From Podarcis tiliguerta (taxonomy: Eukaryota): a stretch of DNA of 64,000 bases. Positions 63,771 through 64,000 of the stretch are shown here, in pieces. The translations under genes were made by a program, and so were the position numbers. Position 1 is the first letter of the stretch. Every line of letters begins with the position of its first letter. The notes beneath the pieces were generated by a model. That model had not been told where the DNA came from. It worked only from the letters and a program-made list of their open reading frames with translations, and did not search any database. The stretch is from assembly GCA_965153285.1 (NCBI GenBank), contig OZ229117.1; one strand, written 5' to 3'.

Positions 63771-64000
63771 AGGTTACTCCTTCTTTGCAGACTGGCCCAC
63801 ACCAGTCCCTCAACTGCCATGACATATTGTGTGAATGGAAAGCAACCAGAGTGGGATGCCATTGGTTTGAGCTTGCGTGGATGGTGAATTGATAGAGGAC
63901 GGTCCACTTCCATTTGCTTCCAAAACCATAATTTGGATGTGCCTTATAAATGTCCCCCCTTTAGCTGTTCACCATTAGGTATCTCCGATTCAGAGTAAGC

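Noticed and set aside
1-64000. IRX3 or IRX6 exons, rRNA genes, prokaryotic defence systems
   Set aside because: Only one homeobox and one IRO box are present; there is no operon-like coding density or recognisable rRNA sequence.

Overview
This is vertebrate DNA, not microbial. The repeat content (Sauria-type SINEs, BovB/RTE, CR1, L2, Penelope, hAT MITEs) points to a squamate reptile, probably a lacertid lizard. The only well-supported host protein-coding gene is the Iroquois homeobox gene IRX5 on the minus strand: three coding exons (32561-32313, 30431-30026, 29700-28913; 1443 nt, 480 aa) with a TALE homeodomain and an IRO box. It sits in a roughly 30-kb CpG-retaining domain (about 8.75-39.25 kb). 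The flanks are CpG-depleted gene desert containing transposon relics and repeat-free blocks that look like conserved enhancers. Most interesting candidates: (1) a 760-bp solo LTR with a 5-bp TSD carrying an intact 197-codon ORF; (2) an out-of-frame upstream ORF overlapping the IRX5 start codon, encoding a hydrophobic 39-aa peptide; (3) two TSD-bounded non-autonomous retroelements with no reverse transcriptase; (4) promoter and splice signals for a possible divergent lncRNA at the CRNDE-syntenic position; (5) an isolated CpG patch near 54 kb with promoter motifs and Pbx/Meis sites. Repeat family names and boundaries were assigned by eye, with no database search. No prokaryotic-type system is present.
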